From a virus (lineage: Duplodnaviria > Heunggongvirae > Uroviricota > Caudoviricetes): a DNA stretch of 45,792 nucleotides. The stretch is taken from positions 1 through 45,792 of the IMG/VR virus record IMGVR_UViG_3300037225_000328. The stretch is one strand, 5' to 3'. The notes below the pieces were generated by a model, which worked only from the letters and a program-made list of their open reading frames with translations, did no database searches and had not been told where the DNA came from. This document shows, in pieces, positions 33,500 through 42,239 of the stretch. The translations under genes were made by a program, and so were the position numbers. The number at the start of each line of letters is the position of its first letter. Position 1 is the stretch's first letter.

Positions 33500-34145
33500 C
33501 TATTGGTTCCTCATAATACTGATACGGCCACGCAAGCGGCAGATTTGCATTTTCCGTAAAATTTTGTTGTGTTACATAGTAATTTTGACGACAAGAAATA
33601 TGCCTCTCTAAAAATATGTGTTTTAGATTTTCCATCATGGAATAATCCATTTGACTCAAATGCGCACCAAACTCGTAATTAAGCCACGATTCAACAGATA
33701 CAGGTGTGCTAGCATCTCTTAATACTTCTCGGACTGTTCTTTGACGCCGTGGCTGTCGATGCAACGTGCTTCTAATAGCAGTACAAACAAGTCGCTTTTC
33801 ATCCGCAAATCTTAATGCAGCCCGGTGAGATTTATGAAGTGGTTCCCATCCTAACCATTGCGGGTGTTGATAAGGGATTTGATATTGAGCTAAATGAAAT
33901 AGAAATGTATCATTGTAACCTCGATTTAATGATTCCTGAGCTAAAATCTTTCCATATCGAACCAATGCCCCTTGATGCTCTCGCCACATCCCCGCAAGGC
34001 ATGGATTATCAGCGTCATTAGGAACACTACCAAAATGTCGAAAGTGACTAAGAAGCCTTATAATTTCAATACATTGTTTTCTCAATGTGTATGAATCAAA
34101 GCAACTAGCACACTGTTGATAGTCAGCAAAAGGTAAATAAATCAT
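33369..34145 (-). CDS. divergent pyrimidine-dimer DNA glycosylase-like (MSMEG_6728-type) protein
   Basis: YLPFADY, LRKQ.IE, GMW, YG...E...RG, P.WLG...H.SHR. Confidence 0.65.
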   Translation of the reverse strand: MIYLPFADYQQCASCFDSYTLRKQCIEIIRLLSHFRHFGSVPNDADNPCLAGMWREHQGALVRYGKILAQESLNRGYNDTFLFHLAQYQIPYQHPQWLGWEPLHKSHRAALRFADEKRLVCTAIRSTLHRQPRRQRTVREVLRDASTPVSVESWLNYEFGAHLSQMDYSMMENLKHIFLERHISCRQNYYVTQQNFTENANLPLAWPYQYYEEPIDERVRRNNHRPSRARPRSGANPVRPSDCDNAWLEASRRTTRDL

Positions 34146-34507
34146 AGTTTAACTCGACATCTCAATGGAAACTTATTATCTCGACCATAACTTCGCATAC
34201 TATGATGAGTCCCTCCATTACGCCATCTCCCGATTAACGTAAAAGTTTTACGGTCATTCTTATTACTAAATAAAGTTTCAGTAAGTGTTATTCCTTCTTC
34301 ATCAGTAAATGTGGTTTGTACAATTACACCATATGTTAGTTCAACAATTAACATAGTGCGTGTTACATCAATCATGAAACAATTAGTTTTGATAACACTA
34401 TCAGGCTCGATAGACAAAATATCCTCGGCTGACATCATATTAATAGGTAATCGTTTATGTTTTCGCAGCGAAACAGGCAGCGAATCCTCTAAGTTGTCGC
34501 AATTCAT
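34142..34507 (-). CDS. hypothetical protein
   Basis: coupled ORF. Confidence 0.6.
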   Translation of the reverse strand: MNCDNLEDSLPVSLRKHKRLPINMMSAEDILSIEPDSVIKTNCFMIDVTRTMLIVELTYGVIVQTTFTDEEGITLTETLFSNKNDRKTFTLIGRWRNGGTHHSMRSYGRDNKFPLRCRVKL

Positions 34508-34982
34508 AACCTTGCGGCTCCAATATATCTTTTAATCGAACTAATTTACCCGCATTCAAACCCCACCCCACTGCAATATATTTAAATCGCCGTAATTCCT
34601 CGGGCAGGGTACTCGAATAATAGGAATCCAAAAGTGCAAGTTCAGCGCCATTTATTAACACTAATAAATCAATTGGATTCGGTGTATAGGTTAAAATTGT
34701 CGCCAGTGGTAGTGTTCCATTTGATTGACAGACAGTACAGGTTGGACGATTTTGTACTAGCTGTTTATTTAATTGCTCATCAGGTTCGACCAAAATCCCT
34801 GTCCAACCCAATTTATCAAGAGTTAATGTATTGCTATCGTGAATCCCGTTTCCGGCAGTTATTTCGACAAAAAATCCTCGGAACAATCTACCCTTTAATT
34901 CTTCAATAATCCACTCATCAATCCGAACTAGTGGATTAGAAAAAAATGTATAAGTAATACCATTAACTTCTTTTGTGTACAT
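34455..34982 (-). CDS. divergent FkbM-like methyltransferase
   Basis: GFFVEI.A.NG..DSNT..L...GWTGILVEP; TAATG-coupled start MYTKE. Confidence 0.65.
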   Translation of the reverse strand: MYTKEVNGITYTFFSNPLVRIDEWIIEELKGRLFRGFFVEITAGNGIHDSNTLTLDKLGWTGILVEPDEQLNKQLVQNRPTCTVCQSNGTLPLATILTYTPNPIDLLVLINGAELALLDSYYSSTLPEELRRFKYIAVGWGLNAGKLVRLKDILEPQGYELRQLRGFAACFAAKT

Positions 34983-35512
34983 TAAATTTCTCTTCGATCT
35001 AATATTCGTCGGCCACCAGCTTCCCGACGCCGTTGTTGACATGAATCACAATTGCAATCTGGAAATGTTCCTTCTACTTCAATATTAGTAAATTCTTCAT
35101 CTTCTGAAACCCCCGCAGATTGAGGGATCGGAGAATTATCAATTATGGTATTGTGGATTGAAAGCAAACGAATAATCCAGGCTTCTGTACAATTATGTAC
35201 AGTACCACACCGACAACGCCCTTGAAGGGTATCACAGGAATCATGAAAACGCGGCTTTCGCCAATAACGAGGCATCAAGACTCGACCATCAAACTCCCAG
35301 TGAAGAATAAATGGAGCCAATGTATGGTTGTAATCATGGAGCAAATCTTGTACCCATTCATCATCTTCTTGATGAACAGCCCCACAAGCACATGGCCCGA
35401 CTAAAACATCACATTTAGTTCGATAACGTGCTGAACCATCAACAATCCGCTTATCAGCATCTTTAGGGTAAAGAATGAAGCCGCTTTTCGGCCTACGGGA
35501 CAATGTTGCCAT
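34982..35512 (-). CDS. hypothetical protein with duplicated Cys/His domain
   Basis: CD.L.G.C.CG.VH....W...LL...N occurs twice. Confidence 0.7.
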   Translation of the reverse strand: MATLSRRPKSGFILYPKDADKRIVDGSARYRTKCDVLVGPCACGAVHQEDDEWVQDLLHDYNHTLAPFILHWEFDGRVLMPRYWRKPRFHDSCDTLQGRCRCGTVHNCTEAWIIRLLSIHNTIIDNSPIPQSAGVSEDEEFTNIEVEGTFPDCNCDSCQQRRREAGGRRILDRREI

Positions 35513-35554
35513 TTCTCAACATCCAAAAAAGTGTGGTTGAATCATGTACCTACT

Positions 35555-36145
35555 CTACTCTACCACACATTCCAGGTTTGTCAAGCCATCATGCAAAAAA
35601 TGAGCCCGCATAAGACGAATAACATCCATAGCATCAGCCAGGGCTTCATGTGAAGAACTATGGGGGATGCTTGCCCGCTCTAAACAGGCTTCAGTGCCAG
35701 GTGGGGTTTCATCAAAAGCTTCAAGATACAACATTCCAGGATCAAGAATACGATGGTGAAATTTTACCTCACGATTAAAGGCAGGTAATCGTGTTAAAAA
35801 TTGTAAATCAAACTTTGCAAAATTCTTACCTGCTGCAACAATATTCATTGGATCAATCTCATGCCTAATACAAAATCTATTAAGCCAGCAGCCTACTTCA
35901 TTTGGTAAAGCCACTTTCTCTTCTTGCATAAGATCGGGATTTGCTAATCGCCACCATATTGAGCGATGTAAACCTGCGGCAAAAGGTTCGCATACATATC
36001 GCTCATGCTTTACTAAGAAATTAATTGCTGGGCGCTTGATATCATTGGACCAACTAAGATCATCTATAATTGCTGCAAATTCAATAACTTGACAGTAATC
36101 ATAATCTAAGCCGGTCGTTTCAATATCAATACTAATGTACTTCAT
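35555..36145 (-). CDS. DEDDh 3'-5' exonuclease (leaderless)
   Basis: SIDIETTGLD, N..FD, H.ALAD. Confidence 0.88.
   Translation of the reverse strand: MKYISIDIETTGLDYDYCQVIEFAAIIDDLSWSNDIKRPAINFLVKHERYVCEPFAAGLHRSIWWRLANPDLMQEEKVALPNEVGCWLNRFCIRHEIDPMNIVAAGKNFAKFDLQFLTRLPAFNREVKFHHRILDPGMLYLEAFDETPPGTEACLERASIPHSSSHEALADAMDVIRLMRAHFLHDGLTNLECVVE
35557..35584 (-). promoter_or_regulatory. sigma70-like promoter (leadered)
   Basis: TTGACA-16nt-TAGAGT with TGG extended -10. Confidence 0.6.
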
Positions 36146-36151
36146 GCTATA

Positions 36152-36180
36152 ATTCTACCTTACTTTTCGGTACTTGTCAA
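36152..36180 (-). promoter_or_regulatory. sigma70-like promoter
   Basis: TTGACA-17nt-TAGAAT-6nt-ATG. Confidence 0.82.
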
Positions 36181-36379
36181 ATAAATATTGAATTCCCTTT
36201 CCGACCACAACAACCGGAATACCTACTATAGCTAAACCATATACTAATGCTACCAAACTATACCAAATAACTGTTATTATACCTGTAGTTATTAAGATAC
36301 ACCCAACTGAAATCACATAAATGATATAAACAATTGCCCAAATTACCGCGGCTAAACTATCTTCAAACAATTCTCTCAT
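36155..36379 (-). CDS. small membrane protein (2 TM)
   Basis: about 55 hydrophobic residues. Confidence 0.7.
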   Translation of the reverse strand: MRELFEDSLAAVIWAIVYIIYVISVGCILITTGIITVIWYSLVALVYGLAIVGIPVVVVGKGIQYLFDKYRKVR

Positions 36380-36741
36380 GGTCGTAATGTCCCTTCTGTT
36401 CCAATACCAGACTTATTTTTCTGTTCAATACCGCCCACGGGTCCAGCATCTAGGGGTCGGCCACATCGGCGACAACGATAAATATTAGAGGCTTGTTCAC
36501 CAGCAACAAACGGCATTGCATTCTGTGCCCGATTCTGAGTGAATGGTGGGCCGCTAACCCAACCTTTGCATCCTTCGGGGCAATGAGTAAAGCGCCGCCC
36601 ATCAGAGCCACTTGCTTGCCGTGGCACACTATACTTTATCTCACTAATACCTTCTGGTAGTTTCTTGAAAACTGGCACGCCTTGATCAACAATATTTTTT
36701 TCAGCCAGCGGAAAATTTTCCATCGTATCGCGGTGCATCAT
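36376..36741 (-). CDS. Zn-finger triplet protein A
   Basis: LPEGISE..HCPEGC..WVSGPP..CRRC. Confidence 0.7.
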   Translation of the reverse strand: MMHRDTMENFPLAEKNIVDQGVPVFKKLPEGISEIKYSVPRQASGSDGRRFTHCPEGCKGWVSGPPFTQNRAQNAMPFVAGEQASNIYRCRRCGRPLDAGPVGGIEQKNKSGIGTEGTLRP

Positions 36742-37113
36742 TTACTCCCGGGACGTTACTCGCCCCTTGTTAGAACTTGACTGGGCACTCTGTCCAATGC
36801 CAGTATTATAAGTAGAATTTCCCACAGTTGCTAGAATCTTCTTGCAACTGGGGCAAGCATAAGTGGTAGCCCCGTCTTTATTTGTAATTCTAGGGCCTTC
36901 GGGAGGGTCTACAATGGGATCACCGGGCACCCATCGGCCTTCAAAAGGGCAATGAACAAGATGTTGTCCATCGGCTATTGCCTGTTTTACACCGCTGGTT
37001 GGATATTCTTGTATTCCTTTAGGAATTTGAGACCCTAATGGCAATTGACTTCCTTGTAAAGTTTGAATGTCTCCCGGTAAAACCGGAGACTGTGGACGAT
37101 ATTGTTTACTCAT
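36742..37113 (-). CDS. Zn-finger triplet protein B
   Basis: IPKGIQEYP..HCP...WVPGDP..CPSCKKIL. Confidence 0.7.
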   Translation of the reverse strand: MSKQYRPQSPVLPGDIQTLQGSQLPLGSQIPKGIQEYPTSGVKQAIADGQHLVHCPFEGRWVPGDPIVDPPEGPRITNKDGATTYACPSCKKILATVGNSTYNTGIGQSAQSSSNKGRVTSRE

Positions 37114-37388
37114 TGTATTCTCCCACCCATAGCATCGCCAGTCTTAGCAAGAATCTTATTGCATTTTCGGCATCGATGCAAAGTCATTGGTTGTCGATTT
37201 CCATCATTCGGCCACGGAACATTCTGTGGCTCTAAAACGGGTGAGCCTTCGACCCACCCGCAACTAGAACACTTATGTAATACTTTTCCTTTACCAACTG
37301 CTGTTGGGGGAAGGGATTGAGGAAACTCCTCAAAACCATCCGGCAACTCAGAATAAGTTTTAATTGTATTCTTATTTAGCTTTGTCAT
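37110..37388 (-). CDS. Zn-finger triplet protein C
   Basis: LPDGFEEFP..CSSCGWVEGSP..CRKCNKIL; start revised to MTKLN. Confidence 0.7.
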   Translation of the reverse strand: MTKLNKNTIKTYSELPDGFEEFPQSLPPTAVGKGKVLHKCSSCGWVEGSPVLEPQNVPWPNDGNRQPMTLHRCRKCNKILAKTGDAMGGRIQ

Positions 37389-37971
37389 ACTGTTTTTTCC
37401 CGTGTTTTCGCTTCTTTTGAAAAGAATAAGCAAAATCAAAAAAGTACCATCGTTTAAAATTTTCAACAACAGGATCATGAGCCACATGCCGTAAATAATT
37501 ATGAACTTCCGCCCAAGTTGAAAAAATCATTTCATGTGGTAATACCCCTATTAACCAATCAGGTGAATTTTCTTTCCCTTGTTCAACATGAACAATAACT
37601 GGTTTCATTTCCCGATTCGCAAGATAAATTTCTTCATAGGAGCCGCAAGCATGAACATCCAAATCTAAATTAGCAACCATAAAATCGGAAATATCTACCA
37701 TGCGTAAATCAACCCTACGAATGATCTTCATATCATTGCGAACAGCATCATAATTATTTGCTAATTTCCATAGATGCCGTTGCTGCCGATTCTCCATATC
37801 TTCAATACCAATATCAATTGGCTTATTTGTTGGATCTAACCAGCAAACATTCAAATCTCGTAAATCATGTTGAATCTGTTGTCGCCAACCAAGGCCACCA
37901 TCTTTAACACGATCCATTGCACCACATAAATAACCTCGATTAAGAAATAATCGGTTCAGTTTTCGTGGCAT
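37372..37971 (-). CDS. nucleoside 2-deoxyribosyltransferase / dNMP N-glycosidase-like
   Basis: YLCGAM..WR..LDP, D...SD, GSYEE..A..KP. Confidence 0.75.
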   Translation of the reverse strand: MPRKLNRLFLNRGYLCGAMDRVKDGGLGWRQQIQHDLRDLNVCWLDPTNKPIDIGIEDMENRQQRHLWKLANNYDAVRNDMKIIRRVDLRMVDISDFMVANLDLDVHACGSYEEIYLANREMKPVIVHVEQGKENSPDWLIGVLPHEMIFSTWAEVHNYLRHVAHDPVVENFKRWYFFDFAYSFQKKRKHGKKQYDKAK

Positions 37972-37972
37972 A

Positions 37973-38707
37973 TTATTCTCCCCGCAACCGTTTCATTGTT
38001 TGAATATAATAAGTCTCACAGTTAAGACATTCTCGACAATAACTACACTCTAAACTGCTACACATTGATACTAACCTATTATCTCGGTATCGACGTAATA
38101 CAGCTTCCATAAATAATGGCGTTGCACACCAGTATTCATTAATATGCCGTGTTTTCCAAACATAACAGAGATTAGCTGGAATATCAATATCATCGGTACA
38201 GACACTTACATCTTTGTCATAGTATGCCATGAAGGTCAATACCACAGGAACCTTAGTCGCTGTCCACGCGGCTACTGCTTCATCAATTAGTGCAAGATTT
38301 GTGCCAGATACTCTTAGTCGAACAAACATTAAATTAATTGGAATATGCTTTGGTGGTGGAAAGTATTCTTTTTCTTCTTTTGGATTAGCGGTTAATACAA
38401 CTGGACCGGGGAAATCAAACTTTGGAATCGAGGTATTAAAAAAGTATCGTTGATACTGGATAGCTGTTTTAATAACCAATTCTCGTTGATTGTTTGAATC
38501 ATTTCCACAATTCATTCTAACTATTCCATTCCCAACTTCATCGGGATCGGGTATATTGGGAACATCAATTGGAGCATAATAGGCTCCTGGTCTATTGTAA
38601 AAACACTGAGAGCAGCCAATAGGGCACGGTCCAACTTGTGGAACACAATCCCAGAATTTAGTATTTACCAGCTTCGGGTTTCGCACACTCATTGAGAATT
38701 CCTTCAT
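37973..38707 (-). CDS. radical SAM-like protein
   Basis: CPIGCSQCFY (CxxxCxxC); extra C-terminal Cys cluster. Confidence 0.65.
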   Translation of the reverse strand: MKEFSMSVRNPKLVNTKFWDCVPQVGPCPIGCSQCFYNRPGAYYAPIDVPNIPDPDEVGNGIVRMNCGNDSNNQRELVIKTAIQYQRYFFNTSIPKFDFPGPVVLTANPKEEKEYFPPPKHIPINLMFVRLRVSGTNLALIDEAVAAWTATKVPVVLTFMAYYDKDVSVCTDDIDIPANLCYVWKTRHINEYWCATPLFMEAVLRRYRDNRLVSMCSSLECSYCRECLNCETYYIQTMKRLRGE

Positions 38708-39395
38708 AAGATCCTACACCAAGTCGTTTACAACCTTGGAGCAAATATGATACCGCAGTCGCTCGGGTTTTAATTCCGCCACTGGCTTTAACCCCTACTT
38801 TAGGGCCAACTGTATCTAACATAATCTGAACAGCTTCTCGGGTGGCTCCTCCATCACCAAACCCAGTTGAAGTCTTAACAAAATCAGCCCCATTATCGGC
38901 TGCTATTTGACTGGCTAATTTAATCTCCTTGGGAGATAAATAACAAGTTTCTAAAATTACTTTTAGAAGCCCCCTTTCTTTATGACAAACCTCTGCCATG
39001 CACTTAATTTCAGCGCCAACATGAGTATATTTGCCATCCGCAAACCACCCAAGATTCATAACCATATCAATCTCAGAGGCCCCAGCTTGAATAGCATAAT
39101 AGGCCGCCCGTAATTTAACTTCTAGTGGCCCGTATCCCAATGGAAATCCAATCACTGTACACACGGGGACATACGGCTTTTTATTCACCAATTCTCTAAA
39201 AGCATGAAATACATAATCAGGTCGTACACAGACTGAAGCCATATTATACTGTCTTGCAGCCATACAAGCAGCTATCACATCGCTGACAGTTGCTCTTGGT
39301 TTCAAGACGGCTAAATCAAGCGTCTGAGCTATTTGGGCTGTTTCGAGATCCACGTTTCTTTCCTTTATCGGATCGTTGTTTACGTTTCTTACCAA
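38658..39395 (-). CDS. deoC: deoxyribose-phosphate aldolase
   Basis: VCTVIGFPLG, EIDMVMN, LKVILET, ADFVKTSTGF, VKASGGI. Confidence 0.96.
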   Translation of the reverse strand: MVRNVNNDPIKERNVDLETAQIAQTLDLAVLKPRATVSDVIAACMAARQYNMASVCVRPDYVFHAFRELVNKKPYVPVCTVIGFPLGYGPLEVKLRAAYYAIQAGASEIDMVMNLGWFADGKYTHVGAEIKCMAEVCHKERGLLKVILETCYLSPKEIKLASQIAADNGADFVKTSTGFGDGGATREAVQIMLDTVGPKVGVKASGGIKTRATAVSYLLQGCKRLGVGSYEGILNECAKPEAGKY

Positions 39396-39906
39396 TTTCG
39401 ATAGGAGGTTGATTTATCAATATCTCAACATTCTTAGATGCTTCTTCAAATTTCCGAAGATTCTCTAAAGTTTCTTTTAATTTTCTAGGTTTACCTTTAT
39501 CACTTCTGGGTTTTCGTTGTTTCTTTTCTGGGGCGAGCGGTAATGTTGGATCAAGCACTGCGGGTGCTAATTTTACTTTCTTTGATTTTCGTCTTCGCTT
39601 TAGTTTTCTTTCTAACTTACGAAGCTTAAATTCTTTGGCCGGATTTAATCCATTTGCCCGATCTTCGCAAGCAGCAAATGCTGCTTTCCGAGTATTAAAG
39701 ACTTTGTATCGCCACACCAAATCTAGTATTACTCTTCCATCGGGGAGTCGTATTTGATATAATGCTTGATAGCCCGCTGGGACATTAACATCTAAAAAAT
39801 TATCTCGCCAGCGCACAACATATTTACCTCTTTCAGCGTGCCAGGCTTTTTGATGTTGGGGATCAACATTTTGAAGTCTAGTTCGATACCAATTAAGAGA
39901 CATCAT
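39316..39906 (-). CDS. hypothetical basic protein with two RSDKG motifs
   Basis: KPRSDKGKPRK and KQRSDKGKKRG. Confidence 0.65.
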   Translation of the reverse strand: MMSLNWYRTRLQNVDPQHQKAWHAERGKYVVRWRDNFLDVNVPAGYQALYQIRLPDGRVILDLVWRYKVFNTRKAAFAACEDRANGLNPAKEFKLRKLERKLKRRRKSKKVKLAPAVLDPTLPLAPEKKQRKPRSDKGKPRKLKETLENLRKFEEASKNVEILINQPPIEIGKKRKQRSDKGKKRGSRNSPNSSDA

Positions 39907-40363
39907 TTAATCTCGCAAACTTTCCAAAATATTCTAAAGCAGCTTTATTATAGGCTTTAGCGGCTTCTTCTAGTGTGCTATAATATCCTAAATGTATACT
40001 TTTTTGATTAAGCATAATTCCGGCTCTAAATCGTTGTCTAACTTTCCAAACGCCTTTATAGCCGGTCGTATTAGTTTTATTTATACCGTGATTTGCTCCG
40101 TTTTGAGATTTAGTGGCCACCCGTAAGTTAATTCTTTGATTATTTAATCCATCGGTATCTTTATGATCTATATTTCCTTTAAGTCCCATTCTTTTAGCAA
40201 TAATTTGATGCATTAGTATAGTTTTTGAATTTTTCCATACGCATCTCACAGCATAAAATACTTTATTAGGCATTAAAGCATACCATTTCCACTGCATCAA
40301 GAATCCATAATCTTGGTCATCAACTAATGCAAATTTATCTTGTGTAAGTGAAATTTGTTTCAT
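39893..40363 (-). CDS. HNH-AP2 homing endonuclease
   Basis: IDHKDTDGLNNQRINLR, NTTGYKGV, AAKAYNKAA. Confidence 0.92.
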   Translation of the reverse strand: MKQISLTQDKFALVDDQDYGFLMQWKWYALMPNKVFYAVRCVWKNSKTILMHQIIAKRMGLKGNIDHKDTDGLNNQRINLRVATKSQNGANHGINKTNTTGYKGVWKVRQRFRAGIMLNQKSIHLGYYSTLEEAAKAYNKAALEYFGKFARLNDVS

Positions 40364-40563
40364 TTTCTTGTTACTCTCCCTCGATTATACCGGGGGTGCA
40401 TCGGTGAATAAAAAATATGGGCAGCGGGGCAAGTAAACAGTCTAATTATCTTTTTACTGCCACACTTTGGGCAAACTTTACAATTGTAAATTTCTTCAGG
40501 CCCATCCTGAGTATAGGACCATTTATGCCCGCATTTGCATTCATAGTCATATGTTTTCATCAT
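40360..40563 (-). CDS. FmdB-type Zn-ribbon protein
   Basis: TYDYECKCG..CPKCGS...RL. Confidence 0.75.
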   Translation of the reverse strand: MMKTYDYECKCGHKWSYTQDGPEEIYNCKVCPKCGSKKIIRLFTCPAAHIFYSPMHPRYNRGRVTRK

Positions 40564-40802
40564 GTTACTACAATCGTCCTTTCCGAGCGTTCCACAATAA
40601 CTTGCCGACCACCTTGATTAACCCCTACTAACTTAAATTTAGGCGGACCAACTGTTAGTGTCTTCTTGATCGCTAAAATTTGCATTTTGCGAAGATATAA
40701 TTCTGAACCCCGACGAACGGGGTATACAACCATATCGCCCTCTTCAATAGGGCAACCTAAGAAATCTACTGGACCATCTAACATATTAATTTCTCCCATC
40801 AA
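40560..40802 (-). CDS. hypothetical protein
   Basis: DFLG.PI..GD.VVY, SH3-like small phage protein. Confidence 0.65.
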   Translation of the reverse strand: MMGEINMLDGPVDFLGCPIEEGDMVVYPVRRGSELYLRKMQILAIKKTLTVGPPKFKLVGVNQGGRQVIVERSERTIVVT

Positions 40803-41145
40803 CTCGAAGCCCTGTATTTGAAATTACTTGAACTGCCTTATCATCCCAAAGTTCGTCCATCCACGGATCCTTTTCACTGGTTATAACTAATTCAGTTCCT
40901 AAATATGTTTTTAACCAAGCCTGAATTAGTTTCTTATTTTGGATTGCATTTGGATTTGTAGTTGCCACACGCGCCGTTACAATACGAACATCTTCGCCTT
41001 GCGCCAACCATCGTTGTACTCTATTTAACATTAAACTTATTGGCCGTCCAATACGATAACTAGAGTAGTCTCCATCGTACTCCGCAAGAGTTCCATCAAA
41101 ATCTACACCCTTCCAATGTTTATTCATTACAAGGCTTTCTTCCAT
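40786..41145 (-). CDS. HAD-superfamily phosphatase-like
   Basis: GVDFDGTLA, IVTAR, K, WDD. Confidence 0.8.
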   Translation of the reverse strand: MEESLVMNKHWKGVDFDGTLAEYDGDYSSYRIGRPISLMLNRVQRWLAQGEDVRIVTARVATTNPNAIQNKKLIQAWLKTYLGTELVITSEKDPWMDELWDDKAVQVISNTGLRVDGRN

Positions 41146-41743
41146 TATTCATAGGATGCGCCCCGGTTATTAAAATTTCTCCTAAATTTTGAAATTCCTC
41201 TAACGTTAAGAAATGGGTGCTTTGCTTCTTTAGTAGCAAAGCCGCCACATGTTCCTTATCTGACTTAGAATCAAAATAGTTAAGAAGCGCGTAGCCACAA
41301 GCCTCAGCTAACTTCGGTAAAAATTCATGGGTATAGACATATCCACAGCCACAGTGATATCCATTCTCGGATGGAAGAATATGAATAAAGGCTCCATAAG
41401 GTACTGCCAATTCATGAATTGACTTAAATGCTTGCCACTGGTCTGTGAAGTCATTTGCAGTGACCACATGTTCTGTTGTTCCCGCATTAGTTACTAAATC
41501 AAAATATCCTAACATTGAATCTGGCAATGGTTTTGATAGATCAAATTTTAAAGCACCATCTAATCCATTCAAATCAATACTTATATGTTTAGCTCCAAGC
41601 CATTCCATAATCTTCTTGACAGGCACTCGTAAATTCCAACCTGATTCTTGATTGCCTAATTCACAAACACGCAAGCTGCGCATTGGCAAATTTAATTGTC
41701 GGCAAGCTTCAACTAGTAACCACGCAACATCGTTAGTTATCAT
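41120..41743 (-). CDS. class I SAM-dependent methyltransferase-like
   Basis: VCELGNQ, SIDLNG, FDLVTN.GTTEHV. Confidence 0.72.
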   Translation of the reverse strand: MITNDVAWLLVEACRQLNLPMRSLRVCELGNQESGWNLRVPVKKIMEWLGAKHISIDLNGLDGALKFDLSKPLPDSMLGYFDLVTNAGTTEHVVTANDFTDQWQAFKSIHELAVPYGAFIHILPSENGYHCGCGYVYTHEFLPKLAEACGYALLNYFDSKSDKEHVAALLLKKQSTHFLTLEEFQNLGEILITGAHPMNNGRKPCNE

Positions 41744-42239
41744 AATTATTTAACCTTGCAAATTCACCAAAATACTTTAAAGCAGCTTTATTATATGCTT
41801 TAGCAGCATCTTTCTTATTAGTGAAATATCCTAAAGAAATATCGTTCCCATTAACTTGAATTCGAGCGTGCCAATTATTTCGGCATTTATGCTCACTAAC
41901 ACCGATGTAACCTGATATATTATTTTTTCGTTTGTTTCTATTTGCTTGGCTTTGTGAATTAGTTGCAATTCTTAAATTACCTCGACAATTATTTAATCCA
42001 TTTCTATCAATATGATCTACTTTTTTATCTTTAATATCAAGCCCCATTCTTTTAGCAATAACTCGATGCATTTGAACTGTAATTTGTTTTAAACAATTCC
42101 AAAAACCCCTGACACCATAGAATGTTTTATGATTTTTATTCGCACACCATTTCCATTGCATCAAGAATTCATAATCTTGATCATCAACTAAAGCAAACTT
42201 GCCTTGTGTAAGTGGAATTTGTTTCATATTAATAACCAA
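41733..42239 (-). CDS. HNH-AP2 homing endonuclease
   Basis: IPLTQGKFALVDD, VDHIDRNGLNN, NISGYIGV, AAKAYNKAA. Confidence 0.92.
   Translation of the reverse strand: MVINMKQIPLTQGKFALVDDQDYEFLMQWKWCANKNHKTFYGVRGFWNCLKQITVQMHRVIAKRMGLDIKDKKVDHIDRNGLNNCRGNLRIATNSQSQANRNKRKNNISGYIGVSEHKCRNNWHARIQVNGNDISLGYFTNKKDAAKAYNKAALKYFGEFARLNNYDN

Noticed and set aside
3277-42239. HNH genes as group I intron passengers
   Set aside because: Flanking genes are intact and abut the HNH ORFs, leaving no room for intron core structure.
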